The notes under the pieces were generated by a model that searched no databases, was not told the DNA's origin, and saw only the letters and a list, made by a program, of their open reading frames with translations. This document shows positions 39,350 through 50,771 of a stretch of 64,000 nt of DNA, in pieces. Source of the stretch: Eledone cirrhosa (Eukaryota); contig OZ024741.1 of assembly GCA_964016885.1 (NCBI GenBank), positions 312,976,001 to 313,040,000 on the forward strand, given 5' to 3'. The stretch's first letter is position 1. Every line of letters begins with the position of its first letter. The position numbers and the translations under genes are program-made.

Positions 39350-42300
39350 TCAACTCTGCTCTATTTTTCTCTATTGCTAAAGACTTACTAAACCTAATGG
39401 ACTCTATTCTAATTGCTCTTTTCAGAGCAAACCAGCACTTGTTGTTGACGATGGCCCGCGTCAACGCTCGCTTAACTAGTTCGCTAATTCGGTCTCTGTA
39501 GGCCTTGCGCGCTGGTAAGGACGCGTTTAGCTTCCAGTAGCCGGGTCCTCGTCTATGAAGCCTATCTAAGTCAAGCACACAGATCACGAATGTGTGGTCC
39601 GTGTAGCTGACTATCTTGAATTGTGGACAGCCTATGCTAGACCTATCTATTTCCGTACAAAATACTCTATCTAGATATGATCTGGATAACCCTATGCGAT
39701 TTGTCCAAGTCGACATTGGCATATTCGGGAAATCCAATCGGTACCTGTCAGACAGTTCAAAACGCCTGAGCAGGTTGGTGAGACTCTTGCAACCTCCTCC
39801 CCTATCCACTAAACCCACACAGTCCCAGCGTGCATCTAAGATCCCCTTCCAGTCGCCCACGAACACTAAAGAGCAGGACGTTCCAAGACAGGTCTCCAGA
39901 CGCCGGAAGAAATCAGGCCGCCCTGTTCCTGTCGGGGCATAGACGGCCACTAACCTGAAAGCTTACCCGTCTCCGCTGGTCACGTCCAGCACCACCAACT
40001 AACCTTCTGGGTCCAGGAAGACGGCCCGTATGGCAAGATCCAAACCTCTCCGAAAAAGCACAGCAACTCCTCCTCCCGATCCCGGACGGCTGGGAGATGC
40101 GTACACATCGTAGCCGCCGAAGATCGGTGCGAAGGCCCGTGCTTCGGAGATTCTGGTCTCACTGATGGTAACTACATCTATGTTTAGTGACCTGAGGTCG
40201 TTGAGCAGGTGGCCCTGCTTCCATGACGACCCCAAGCCACGCGCATTTATGCTGCCTATTATGAGTGAGGTCATGTTGAAATGGAGTGGAAAATATGGGA
40301 AAGACCACTTATCTTACTTCTCGTAGAGGAAGGACGGTTTCTACATCCTTTTCACTGCCTGTGGCCTCCTCAGGAAGGATGTCCTTATAAATCCTCGTGG
40401 AGAGAGCTTGTCGGAAGTCTCCGATGTCTTTGGGGAATTTTTGTTTTAGTGTCATGTACGTTTTCTATGTGATGCGAGTGATTTGTATGTGTGGAGGTGG
40501 TGTGAACTTTTGGGTTGTTGTGTAGTCTTTTTCTGTGATGCTGGTGTCGTGTTGGATGTAGTGTAATAATTGGTTGTTATTCAAATTTAATGGTTGTTTT
40601 GTTGTGTTTGCGTTTGTTTTGGGTTTGTTTCTGTTTCGCATTTTGGTGACTTTTTTGGTGCAGGTAATGGTGGTGTTGGGGTTAATGATGGTGATGGTGT
40701 TGGTGTTTGGGCTGATGGGGTTGGTGATGCTGGTGTGGATTGTGGCATGTCTGTCCTAACTTTTTTGTTTGATAGTTTATTTGTTTCCCCTCTGTATTTT
40801 GTTTTTGGAGGGGGGAGGAAGAGAGATTTTTTCTTTTTTGGTTTCTTTTTTTCTTTTTTCCTGATACCGTTTCTCACTCCTCGTCGTCACAATCTGTCTC
40901 CAGTTGTGATAGGCCGGGGAGTGGAAAATCCTCCACAGGCGTTAGTTTTGGTTGTGGCGTGGTGGATGGTGTAGGTGCTGGTGCTAGTTCTGGCGCGTTG
41001 GGTGGTGGTGGTATTGGTTTGGCTACTGTTGCTGGGGTTGTTGCTGTTACAATTGCTTCTGTTGTTGCTGCTACAGTTGTTGCTGCCATCTCTGCTGCTG
41101 GTGGTGTTGATGGTTGAGTCACTGGGGGGGGGGGGGTAGGAGAGGTGGCCTCATCCTTTTAGCCTGAGGGCAGAAAGGTGGGTTCCTTCACCACAAACGA
41201 CACACCTAGGCCATCTGCCCTCGACAATTACGGTGAGGTGGCTGCCGTCAGTGAGGTCTATTACCTCTGCGATCTCCTCAATGCTTTTTTGGTCCGCTTT
41301 GATCAGGAACTTCCTCCCAGATCCGGACCAGTTCTCCTGCTTTTCTTTCGCTATTTCTATTATCTTGGTGTTGGCTTCGATGCCGGCGTGGACGGCAGCT
41401 ATTAGCCAGGGAATTTCGATGGCTGGTGGAACGTGGGTGACCCTGATCTTTACGAGTCTCTGGCCACAATAGCTTGGGACGAGTATGAAGTCGTCACTTC
41501 TTAATGGGGCCATGGAGTGTTCTCTAGCCTCCGGTGGTGTTTCAAAGAACACGTCCACGGTTCCATACTTCTGCCCACGTCTGATGTTGTTTTTTTTGCC
41601 CACACATGTCCCAAAGCTTTTTGGATTTGGGACTCGGATACCCGTTCCACTCGGCGCCATTTTATATTAATTGTTCGATAAGACACGGTGCATAGGCGCC
41701 GATGCTCCATTTTATTACGTGTGTGTGTGGGGGGTGGGGTGGGGGTTGAGGCTGACCCTGTATCCATCTTTCTTTACCATTTTTGGGCTTCTTCTAATTC
41801 CTCCTGAGTTACCTGAAATGCTTCGCACTGTTTTGCTACTCTGGCAAAACTCAGGGTGGTTTTCTTAATGTCATTGTTGTTGTTATCGTTATTTTTGTTA
41901 TTATTAATTTTAGTTTCAGTTGTGGTGTTCGGTGTGGAAGAGTTCATTTTGGTTGAATTCATTTCGATATCACGAGTTAATTAATTTTTTTCTTTTGTTT
42001 CTGTTGTCGCGGTGGAGGTGAGGGTGGTGGTGGTGGTGGCGGCTTTAACACCTGCAGTCATTGGTAATGGCGGGAAATGAATGTCTGCCTGAGACAAATT
42101 TAAAATATTGCTACTGCTTATATTTTTTTTCAGTGTTGGCAAACGTAGTAACATTTACAATGTTAGTGTCGGTGTGAGGTGTTAGTTTGTGAGAAAGGAG
42201 TGACTCTGAGTAAGCCATAATTTTTCAAAGAAAAATTTTTTTGGATAATTATAAAAGTTTAAATTTTGGGCTCAAGGCCACAATCTTTTTGGGTGTCCTT

Positions 42301-42430
42301 TTCAGATAACAATGTATGTGCACTTATATACAGTTAACAATAACATTTTCCATGAATGGCAATTTTAAAGAACTGAAAATAGCAAACATTTGCGGAGTTC
42401 ACGATGATACGATTTACTACGTAGGTTGCC
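39350..42430 (-). mobile_element. Tx1-type LINE copy F (B family), 5' half, truncated after the APE domain
   Basis: 5' end GGCAACCTACGTAG at 42430 follows (ATT)n. ORF1 spans ~42218-40309; ORF2 from ATG 40274 (MTSLIIGSINARGLG) breaks at ~39350. Highly similar to 558-3660. Confidence 0.9.
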
Positions 42431-45400
42431 AATAATAATAATAATAATAATAATAATGATTTCTTTATTGGCCATAAGGGCTGACATCAAGAAAAAACAT
42501 TACAGACGGCACAGGACGGTACGATGTGGGTTTTGTACGTGTAAATATTTTTATTATTTATATAAGAAAAGAAAAAAATGGACATAAACATATATATATA
42601 TAACCAATAAAAATGAAAATTGAAACAATGAAATATTCCCCAATAGGGACGAAACCTCCGACGGTTACTCGTGGCAAAAACCACACAAAAGACCACGGCC
42701 ACCCTGACCAACAGGGCAAGCGCCCTCTCTCAATGTTTCCATCTCTCAAGCTACAGACGTATATTCAGAGTGGTCTCGTTCACTCGGACCATTCTCGCTA
42801 CATTCACCCGCCTTTCAACAAATTTGCTAGAAAGCAGCACTTGCCTCTCCACCCTGATTTTCCTCTTCAAGTGAAACTTGAAAAAGTTAATTAGAGATTC
42901 GCCGAAGAGGAAAGTGTTTGTCTTTAACCCTTTAACCTTGTCCACCACACAATCTCTGTCGCCATGGCCATCAAGCAGATGAAAACCGCCTGCTCTTCCT
43001 CCTCGAAGGAAGACGGCGAGACATTCTGCACAATGGACTCGACAACCGGATCAGTCCCACACACGACAGCAACTGTTCGACATAGCTCCACAAGTCAGCA
43101 ATGATCGGGCACTGAACGAGTGCGTGCACAACGGTTTCGTTGCTCTGTGCGCACCTCGGACAGGCTCGGCTGACGGCACTTCCGTGCCTGTAGAGCTTAT
43201 CTCGAACCGGCAGCGCTCCCCGGTAGCCCTGCCAGACCAGGGATTTTTGGAAGTTGTCCATAGGCCCTGAGCTGAAAGTTTTCCGGAAGAGAGCAAACAG
43301 CTGATCTTCTTCGACGCCCAGGATCTCTCCGAGAATGTCGTCGCTCTTCCCCTCCACTAGTCCTCTATAGGACGTCGAGGTGGATGTTCCACCGATACTG
43401 GTGCCCAACTGGGATAGGGCAGTGAGCGCCTGGAGACATTCCAGTTTCCAAGCGCTATCCCTCGGTCTTTATCTAACCCAGGACTGCAGCTCCGTCAAGG
43501 AGACGAGCTGTGGGAAAACGTGCCTGGCGAACGGCGACCACACCCGTTCACCATCAAGGAAGCACCAGAGATGTTGCAGCCTCAGCGCATGTTTGCACAT
43601 CATCAGCCATGGCATGCCCAGTCCTCCACGCAATGGGTGTTGACAGCAGATGGATCTTCTGACCATGGGAGCGCGTCTCTTCCACAAAAAGCGGAAGAAG
43701 AGGCGCTCCATTTTGGTGAGAGTAGGTCTGGAGCAAGGGACGACGTTGAAGCGGTAGCAGATGACGGATGCGATGTACGCATTCGCCACTTCCCCCGGCC
43801 TTTCAGGGATAGCTTCCTCTCGGCCCAATTCTGGGTGAGGGAGGCCACACTGCTCGACACCTCGCTCCAGCTTTTGTCCATCTGGAGGTCCGGTCCGAAC
43901 CAGACCCCAAGCATTTTAACGGTCCGTCCGTTCAACGCCCCACGACGCTGTCGGACGGCATGGACTTGCCTCTCCAGGTGCTGAGCTGTAAGCCCACCGA
44001 CTTCTCCTGGTTTATCTTTGCTCCTGTCACCGCTTCGTATTCCTTGAGACCTCTGCCAAGCATCTGGACGTGTCTGGTGCTTAACACCACCAAGGTGACG
44101 TGGTCGGTGTAAGCCGACTCGGATATTCCCGAATCCTATTTCGCGTGGGATGCTCCTCATCGCCCCCAGTTTGTGCAGTAACGGCTAGAGAGCCAATACG
44201 TACAAGAGGGACGAGAGGGGAAAACCCTGGCGGACCGAGCGCATGATGCTGAACGGCTGCGACAGGTGACCGTTTACCCTCACAACTGAGCAGATGTCGC
44301 TGTAAATCGCAGAGATCCAACCCTTTAAAACGGGCCCGAAACCGGCTGCCTCGAGGACCGCTGCCAGGTACCGATGGTCGACCCTATTGAATGCATTGGG
44401 TTGATCCACGTTGATCAGGGCCCCACCCGTACCAGGTTCCTTAACGACCTTCTCTATGATGTATGGAATGAGGTGGAGTTTGTCGTGTATGGATCTGTCC
44501 AGAATGGCGCATGTCCTCGCCTCACCCACCAGGCCCTTGACGACAAGCGCCAACCTCGTTGCCAACACCTTGGCTAAAATCTTGAACTCTACGTTTAGAA
44601 GGGTTATGGGCCTGAAGGTATCGATAACATCCCCCTTGTTCGGCTCTTTTCTCAGCAGCGCCACCGATCCCCGGCTCACAACACTGGGAATACTCCCGTT
44701 CTGCTGCCAGTTGCAGTAGACGTCTGCCAAGAGGTAACGGAACAAGCCTGGCATAAATGCATGAAGCTCGTAGGGCAGCCCATCCAAACCTGGCGATTTA
44801 CCCCTCGTGCAGTTAGCCATCGCTTCCCGTATTTCACCGGCTGTTATTGGCTTTTCGCAACACTGTGCTGCGGACGTCGAGAGCAGAGGCAGTCCGTCTA
44901 GGTATGCACTGAAGTCCATACCAGATTCGGGCCGCCGCTGCTCCCGAATATTTCAGCAAAGTGCTGCTGAAAAGCATCACACAACTGCTCGGGTTCGAGC
45001 AACACGCGTCATTCTTGGTCAGATAAAAACCGAATTGTGGAATTGTTGCCACGTCGCACTTCTGACACCCGGGCCCATTGCATGGTTTTCGTCCCCTCCT
45101 GTTTCAGAGCACGCGCTCTAGCTCTCACAACGCAACCTTTGTGTTTTGCGTTGAAGAATTGGCCGTGTACCAATCTAGCCGCAAGCACGTCAGTTGCGAT
45201 GCCTGTCCTGAACGCCTCTTCTAGCTTTCTGACTAGCTCTCTCTCTACTCTATTTTCTCTATCACTAGTCATTTGATAAACCTAGTCGACTCTACTTTAA
45301 TTGCCCTTTTCAGGGTTAACCACCACCTGTTGTTGGCGACCGCTCCCGTCAACGCCCACTTAACTAATACGCTAATCCGGTCTCTGTAGGCCTTGCGCGC

Positions 45401-47803
45401 CGGGAAAGACGTGTTCAGCTTCCAGCAACCGGGTCCTTGTCTATGAAGTCTGTCCATGTCGATCTCGCAGATCACAAATTTGTGGTCTGTGTAGTCAACT
45501 ATTTTAAATTGTGGACAACTTATAGTAGCCTTATCTAGTTATCTGCTGTATACCCTATAGAGATACGATCTGGATGACCCGATGAGGTTTGTCCATGTCC
45601 ACATTGGCACACTGTCAGACAATTCAAAACGTCTGAGCAGGTCGGTGAGGCTCTTGCACCCTCCTCCCCTACCCACTAGCCCCACACAAACCCAGCGTGC
45701 ATCCAAGATACCGTTCCAGTCGCCCACTAACATTAAAGAGCGGGACGTTCCAAGAAAGGTCTCTAGACGTCTGAAGAAATCTGGCCGTCCTGTCCCTGTC
45801 GGGGCATAGGCGGCTACTAGCCTGAAAGCGTTGCCTTCGGTGCCGCTTACGTCCAGCACCACCGACTTACCTTCTGGGTCCAGGAAGATGATCCGTATGG
45901 TGAGACCCAAGCCTTTCCGAAACAACACAGCCACTCTGTCCTCCGCTCCCGGACGGCTTGGAGATGCGTACACCTCGTAACCGACGAAGATCGGTGCGAA
46001 AGCTTGCGTTTGGGAGGATCTCGTCTCGCTGATGGCCACCACATCTATGTTTAGTGACCTGAGGTCGTTAAGCAAGTGACCCTGCTTCCAAACCGAGCTC
46101 AAGCCCACACACGCTTATACTTCCGATCCTGAATACGGCCATGTTGGGTGAGGAACGGGGCAAGTGAGAAAGGATCACTTACCTTGATCGTCTGGTGAAG
46201 AGACCGTTGAATCGTCCCTTCGGCTGGTCGTTGGCTCTTCTGTGAGTATGCTCGAGTATACTCTCCGGTTGAGTGTCCCTCCTAGGTCTGTGAAATTACC
46301 AACTGCGTTGGGGAATTTCATTTCAATGTTTCTGTTTTGTTTCTGTGATATTCTTACCAGTCTTATGTTCGTTGGTGTTTTGATTGGTGGTGGTATTATG
46401 TAGTCGTGCTGTGAAATCTCTGTGTTCAATCATGTAAGTCATTAGTTTCTTGGGTGTATTTATTGCTGTGCATTTCTTTTTCTGGGGGTGGGAAGTGGTT
46501 TTGCTATTTTCTTGTCGTTGTTGCTGGGTGTGTGTGTTTTGTTGTTGTGTTTTCGTTATTGGTATTTGTGGTGGTGTTGTTGAAGGTCTTGTTGTTGTTG
46601 GCGGTGGGGTTGCCACCGGTGGTAATGGTAGTGCTAGTGAGGGTGGGGATGGTGTTAGTGGTGTTGCTGCTGTAAGTCTCTTTGCGGTGGCCTTTACCCT
46701 TTTCTCATCTCTTCCCTCCCTTTTCGAAGGCAACGCTGCTCTGCTTCTGAGCTTGTGCCTTCTTGCGACCGTTTGCCAACCCTCTCCCACTTCACACTCC
46801 ATGTCCGATTCTGTGAGGTCGGGGAGGGGTACCAGCTCCACTCTTTCACTTGTTCTTGTTGGTGATGGTTGCAGTGGAGTCTCTGTTGCAGCTGCAGTTG
46901 GTATTACTGTTGTTGTTAATACTTCCACTGCTGCTGCTGTTCTTGATTTCCGTGGCGTGGGTATGGGTGCCACGGACCTGCTTGCCGCCTGTTCTGTTGC
47001 TGGAAGCAATGGAGCCGTTTTCGGAATGAGGGGTGTTTTCTCCTTTCCACAGGGTCTTCTCATTGCAAAAGGCCCTTAGGTGAGTCTTCGACCCACAGCG
47101 AAATCATTTCGGGTGTTTGCCCTCAATACTTATGGGAAGTTGAGTGCCGTTATCGAAGTCTATCACATCCGGGATAGCTTCGATGCTCTCCTGGTTGGTT
47201 TGAATTAACATCTCAATGGAGGCGCCGACCCAATCTTCTCGTACTTTTTTCTGTACTTGCAGTAGGGTTGTTTTGTCTTCGATTGTCCGAGGACAGACGC
47301 GGCCAGCCAAGAAGGGGCCATTCCGGGGGGTACTTGGGTCAGTTTGACCCTCACAATTTTTTTCCCGCAGTAGCAGGGCACCAACACCATTTCCTCACTC
47401 TCTAGTTGTCACTAAGGATTGAGCCTTTACCTCCTGGGATGTGGCAAAAAGCACGTCCACGGTGGCATATTCCTTGCTTCGGGTGATATGCATTTTCCGC
47501 TGCCACACAGGCCCTAAGGCTTTTTGTATTTGAGCCTCTGTGGCTCTTTCAAACCTACGTGTTTTTGTGCTTACTGTACGTTACGTGACTTGCAGATTGC
47601 TCGTTTTCCGGTTTTCGTCACCATCTTCCTTGCTTCCTGTAATTCCTGAAATTCCTCATTTGTTATAAGGATGGTTTCCAGGTTCTTAGCAGTACCTGCA
47701 AATGAGATTGGTTTTCCTTTCTTGTTGTTGTTGTCGTGAGAACTGCTGTTACTTTTGTTGTTGCTGTTGGTACTACGACTACCGCCGCCGCTGCTGCTGC
47801 TGC

Positions 47804-47834
<31 letters not shown>

Positions 47835-48450
47835 GCTGTTGCTGCTGCTGCTATTGGTGTTGCTGTTGTTGTTTATGCTGCTGCTGATGTTGTTGCGGCT
47901 GTTACTAGTATTTTCCTCGCCACTGTTGCTGCTGTTGCTGCTATTCTTCATGACGTCAGACGAATGAAATGGCTTTCCGTATTTACCGCACACATCTTTC
48001 GTTGTTGTCGTCGTGGAGAAATGTTCCACGGTACGCGCTTCTCTAGATGAAGAACGCTACGAGAAACTACATTTTTCTTTTTCTTTAATGGTGTCGCTTG
48101 CGAAAGAGGCGACAGAAGCGACACCACATTTAGAGAAGGAAGGGTGAGAGACAATCTTTTCTTTGACGTAATGACGATTGGGGAAGAAGAAGACGGAAGG
48201 TGTGGGAGTGACTTGTGAAAATTTTTTTTTGTAGCCATGTTTTTTTACGGTTTAAAATGAATATTGAGCACAAATCCCCAATAACTGGTTATTTAACCCC
48301 GAAGGGCCAAATAATAGAGAGAAAGACCCCTCTCACGAGGAGGAGGGTGTCTTTATCTACAATTTGGTTCAAGTTTTATACAATTTACAATTGTTATGGC
48401 GGTTAAAAATTACAATACCTTACAGAGCCAAGCCTCCGTCAACCATGGCA
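42431..48450 (-). mobile_element. Tx1-type LINE copy G, full length, inactivated
   Basis: ORF1 48238-46175 (Asn/Ser tract, knuckle remnant, ends DQGK*). ORF2 46142-42751 with APE and RT motifs. 3' UTR and AATAAAGAAATC(ATT)n at 42431-42469. Confidence 0.9.
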
Positions 48451-48454
48451 TTCA

Positions 48455-48768
48455 ATAAAAATTATAATTGTTTCTACTTTTGGCACAAGGCCAGCAAATA
48501 CCCAGTGCATTACTGGTATTTATTTGATCGACCCCCAAGGATGAAAGGCAAGTTAACCTTGCGGGATTTGAACTCAGAATGGTAAGGGCCGTAACGCTAT
48601 GCACCAAAGCATGATGTCCGACCCTTTACCGATACTGCCAATCAAGCGCCCTCAATAATATTAATAATAATAATAATAATAATTGTTTCTACTTTAGGCA
48701 CAAGGCCAGCAATTACCCAATGCATTACTGGTACTTTATTTTATTGACACCGTAAGGATGAAAAGCAA
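48455..48768 (-). mobile_element. One full and one partial SINE separated by (AAT)n
   Basis: Reverse complement of the 353-527 SINE at ~48455-48652, an (AAT)n tract at 48654-48683, and a partial copy at 48683-48768. Confidence 0.87.
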
Positions 48769-50750
48769 TAATAATAATTATTTCTTTATTGACCACCAGG
48801 GCTGATACCAAGAAAAACATTACAGACGTCACAGTACGGTACAGGACGGTACGATGTAGGTTTTGGGCGTGTAAAGATTTTTATTATTTATATGCCTTTC
48901 ATCCTTACGGAGTCGATAAAATAAAGTACCAGTCATGCACTGGGTATTTGCTGGCCTTGTGCCTAAAGTAGAAACAATTATTTATATAAGAAACAAAAAA
49001 GTAAATAAAGACATAGAAACATATATATATATAAAAAATAAACATGAAAATTCAAACAATGAAAAATTCCCCAATAGGGAGGAAACCGACGAGGGTTACA
49101 CGTGGCAAAAACCACACAAAAGACCACGGCCACCCTGACCACCAGTGCAAGAGCCCTCTCTCAATGTTTCCATCTATCAAGCTACAGACGTATATTCAGA
49201 GTGGTCTCGTTCACTCGGACCATTCTCGCTACATTCACCCACGTTTCAACAAACTTGCTAGAAGACAACACTTGCCTCTCCACCCTGATTTTCCTCTTCA
49301 AGTGAAACTTGAAAATGTTAATCAGGGATTCGCCGAAGAGGAAAGTGTCTGTCTTTAATCCTTTCAAACTTATCCACTGCCTGCCTTTCCTCCTCGAAGG
49401 AAACGGCGAGACCATCTGCACAATGGTCTCAGTCGATAATCGGATCGGTCCTACACGCGACAGCAACTGTTCGAGATAGCTCCATAAGTCAGCAATGCTC
49501 GGGTACTGAACCAGTGCGTGCACAACGGTTTCGTCGCTCTGCGCGCATCTCGGACAGGCACGGCTGCATTGCCAGTCCAGGGATTGCCAGTAAGGGATTT
49601 CTGGAAGTTATCCATAGGTCCTGAGCCAAAAGTTTGTAATGTTCTATTTTAATTTCAATAATGCTTATATTTTTCGGGAGAATTCTTGGTGTTGGTGGGG
49701 TGTAGTAATGTTTGTCCGTAATGTCTGTGTGCTGCTTTATATGATTCTAAGAAATCTTTATTTGTCAAGTTTATGGCTGTGTAAACTTTTCGTGGAGGTT
49801 TGGTTTTGTTGCTGTCTTTTTGTTGCTGCTGTAGGGTATGTTTGTCTTATTGTGTTTGCGATGTTGATGTTTGTGGTGATGCCGGTGGTGGTGGTGTGGT
49901 GGTTGTTGGTTGTGATGGTGGTGGCGTTTCTGAGGGTCGCTGTTTTCTTCGCCTTTGCGGGGTGAAGCTAAGGGTTTTTTTCTTTATTCTTTTTTGTGGC
50001 CAACCGTTTCCCACTTCACTCGCGTCTCAGACTCCATGTCGGATCCCGTGGTGTCTGGGAGGGGTATGAGCTCCACGACTGTTGGTGGTGGTAGTGGAGC
50101 CCTCTCCGGCAATTTTGTTGGTGCAGCTACTGCAAATGTAGCTACTGGTGTTGCCGCCACTGATGCTGATGCTTTTGTTGTCCGTGACCTTGCTACGGCT
50201 GCCAAGGGCGTTGCCCTCCTATTCACCGTGGAAGGGTCTTCTGCGTTTGTTGCCTGCCCTGCTGTTGGTAACAGCAGACCAGGCATTGGAAGGAGGGAGC
50301 CTTCCTCTTCGCTCTCTTCTGCGGACAAAAGGCCTTGAGGTGACACTTTGACCCACAGAGATAACATTTTGGCCGTCTTCCTTCCACGCTTATAGGGAGT
50401 TGAACGCCGAGGTGGATGTTCCACCGATACTAGTGCCGAGCTGGTAGAAGGCTGTGAGCGGTTGGAGACATTCCAGCTTCCAAGCGGTATTCCTCGGTCT
50501 TTTCCTGATCCAGGACTGCAGCTACGTTAATGAGACGAGCTGGGGAAAAACACGTCTGACAAACGGTGACCACACCTGTTCACCGTCAAGGAAGCACCAG
50601 ATGTGTCGCAGCCGCAGCGCGGGTTTGCGCATCATCAGCCACGCATGCCCAGCACTCCACGCAACGAGTGTTGACAGCAAATAGATCGTCTGACCATGGG
50701 AACACGTCCCTTCCATAAAAAGTGGAAGAGAAGGGGCTCCATTCTCAGAA
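48769..50750 (-). mobile_element. Tx1-type LINE copy H, 5'-truncated and rearranged; SINE fragment (+) in the 3' UTR at 48894-48978
   Basis: ORF2 fragment 50745-50400, ORF1 fragment 50400-49640, ORF2 end 49635-49182, G-like 3' UTR and (ATT)n tail. The SINE fragment is flanked by TTATTTATAT. Confidence 0.82.
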
Positions 50751-50771
50751 GCGCTGCGTCACCGCGACGTA

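Noticed and set aside
558-48450. One large inverted segmental duplication
   Set aside because: The arms share families but not order or junctions, which fits independent insertions.
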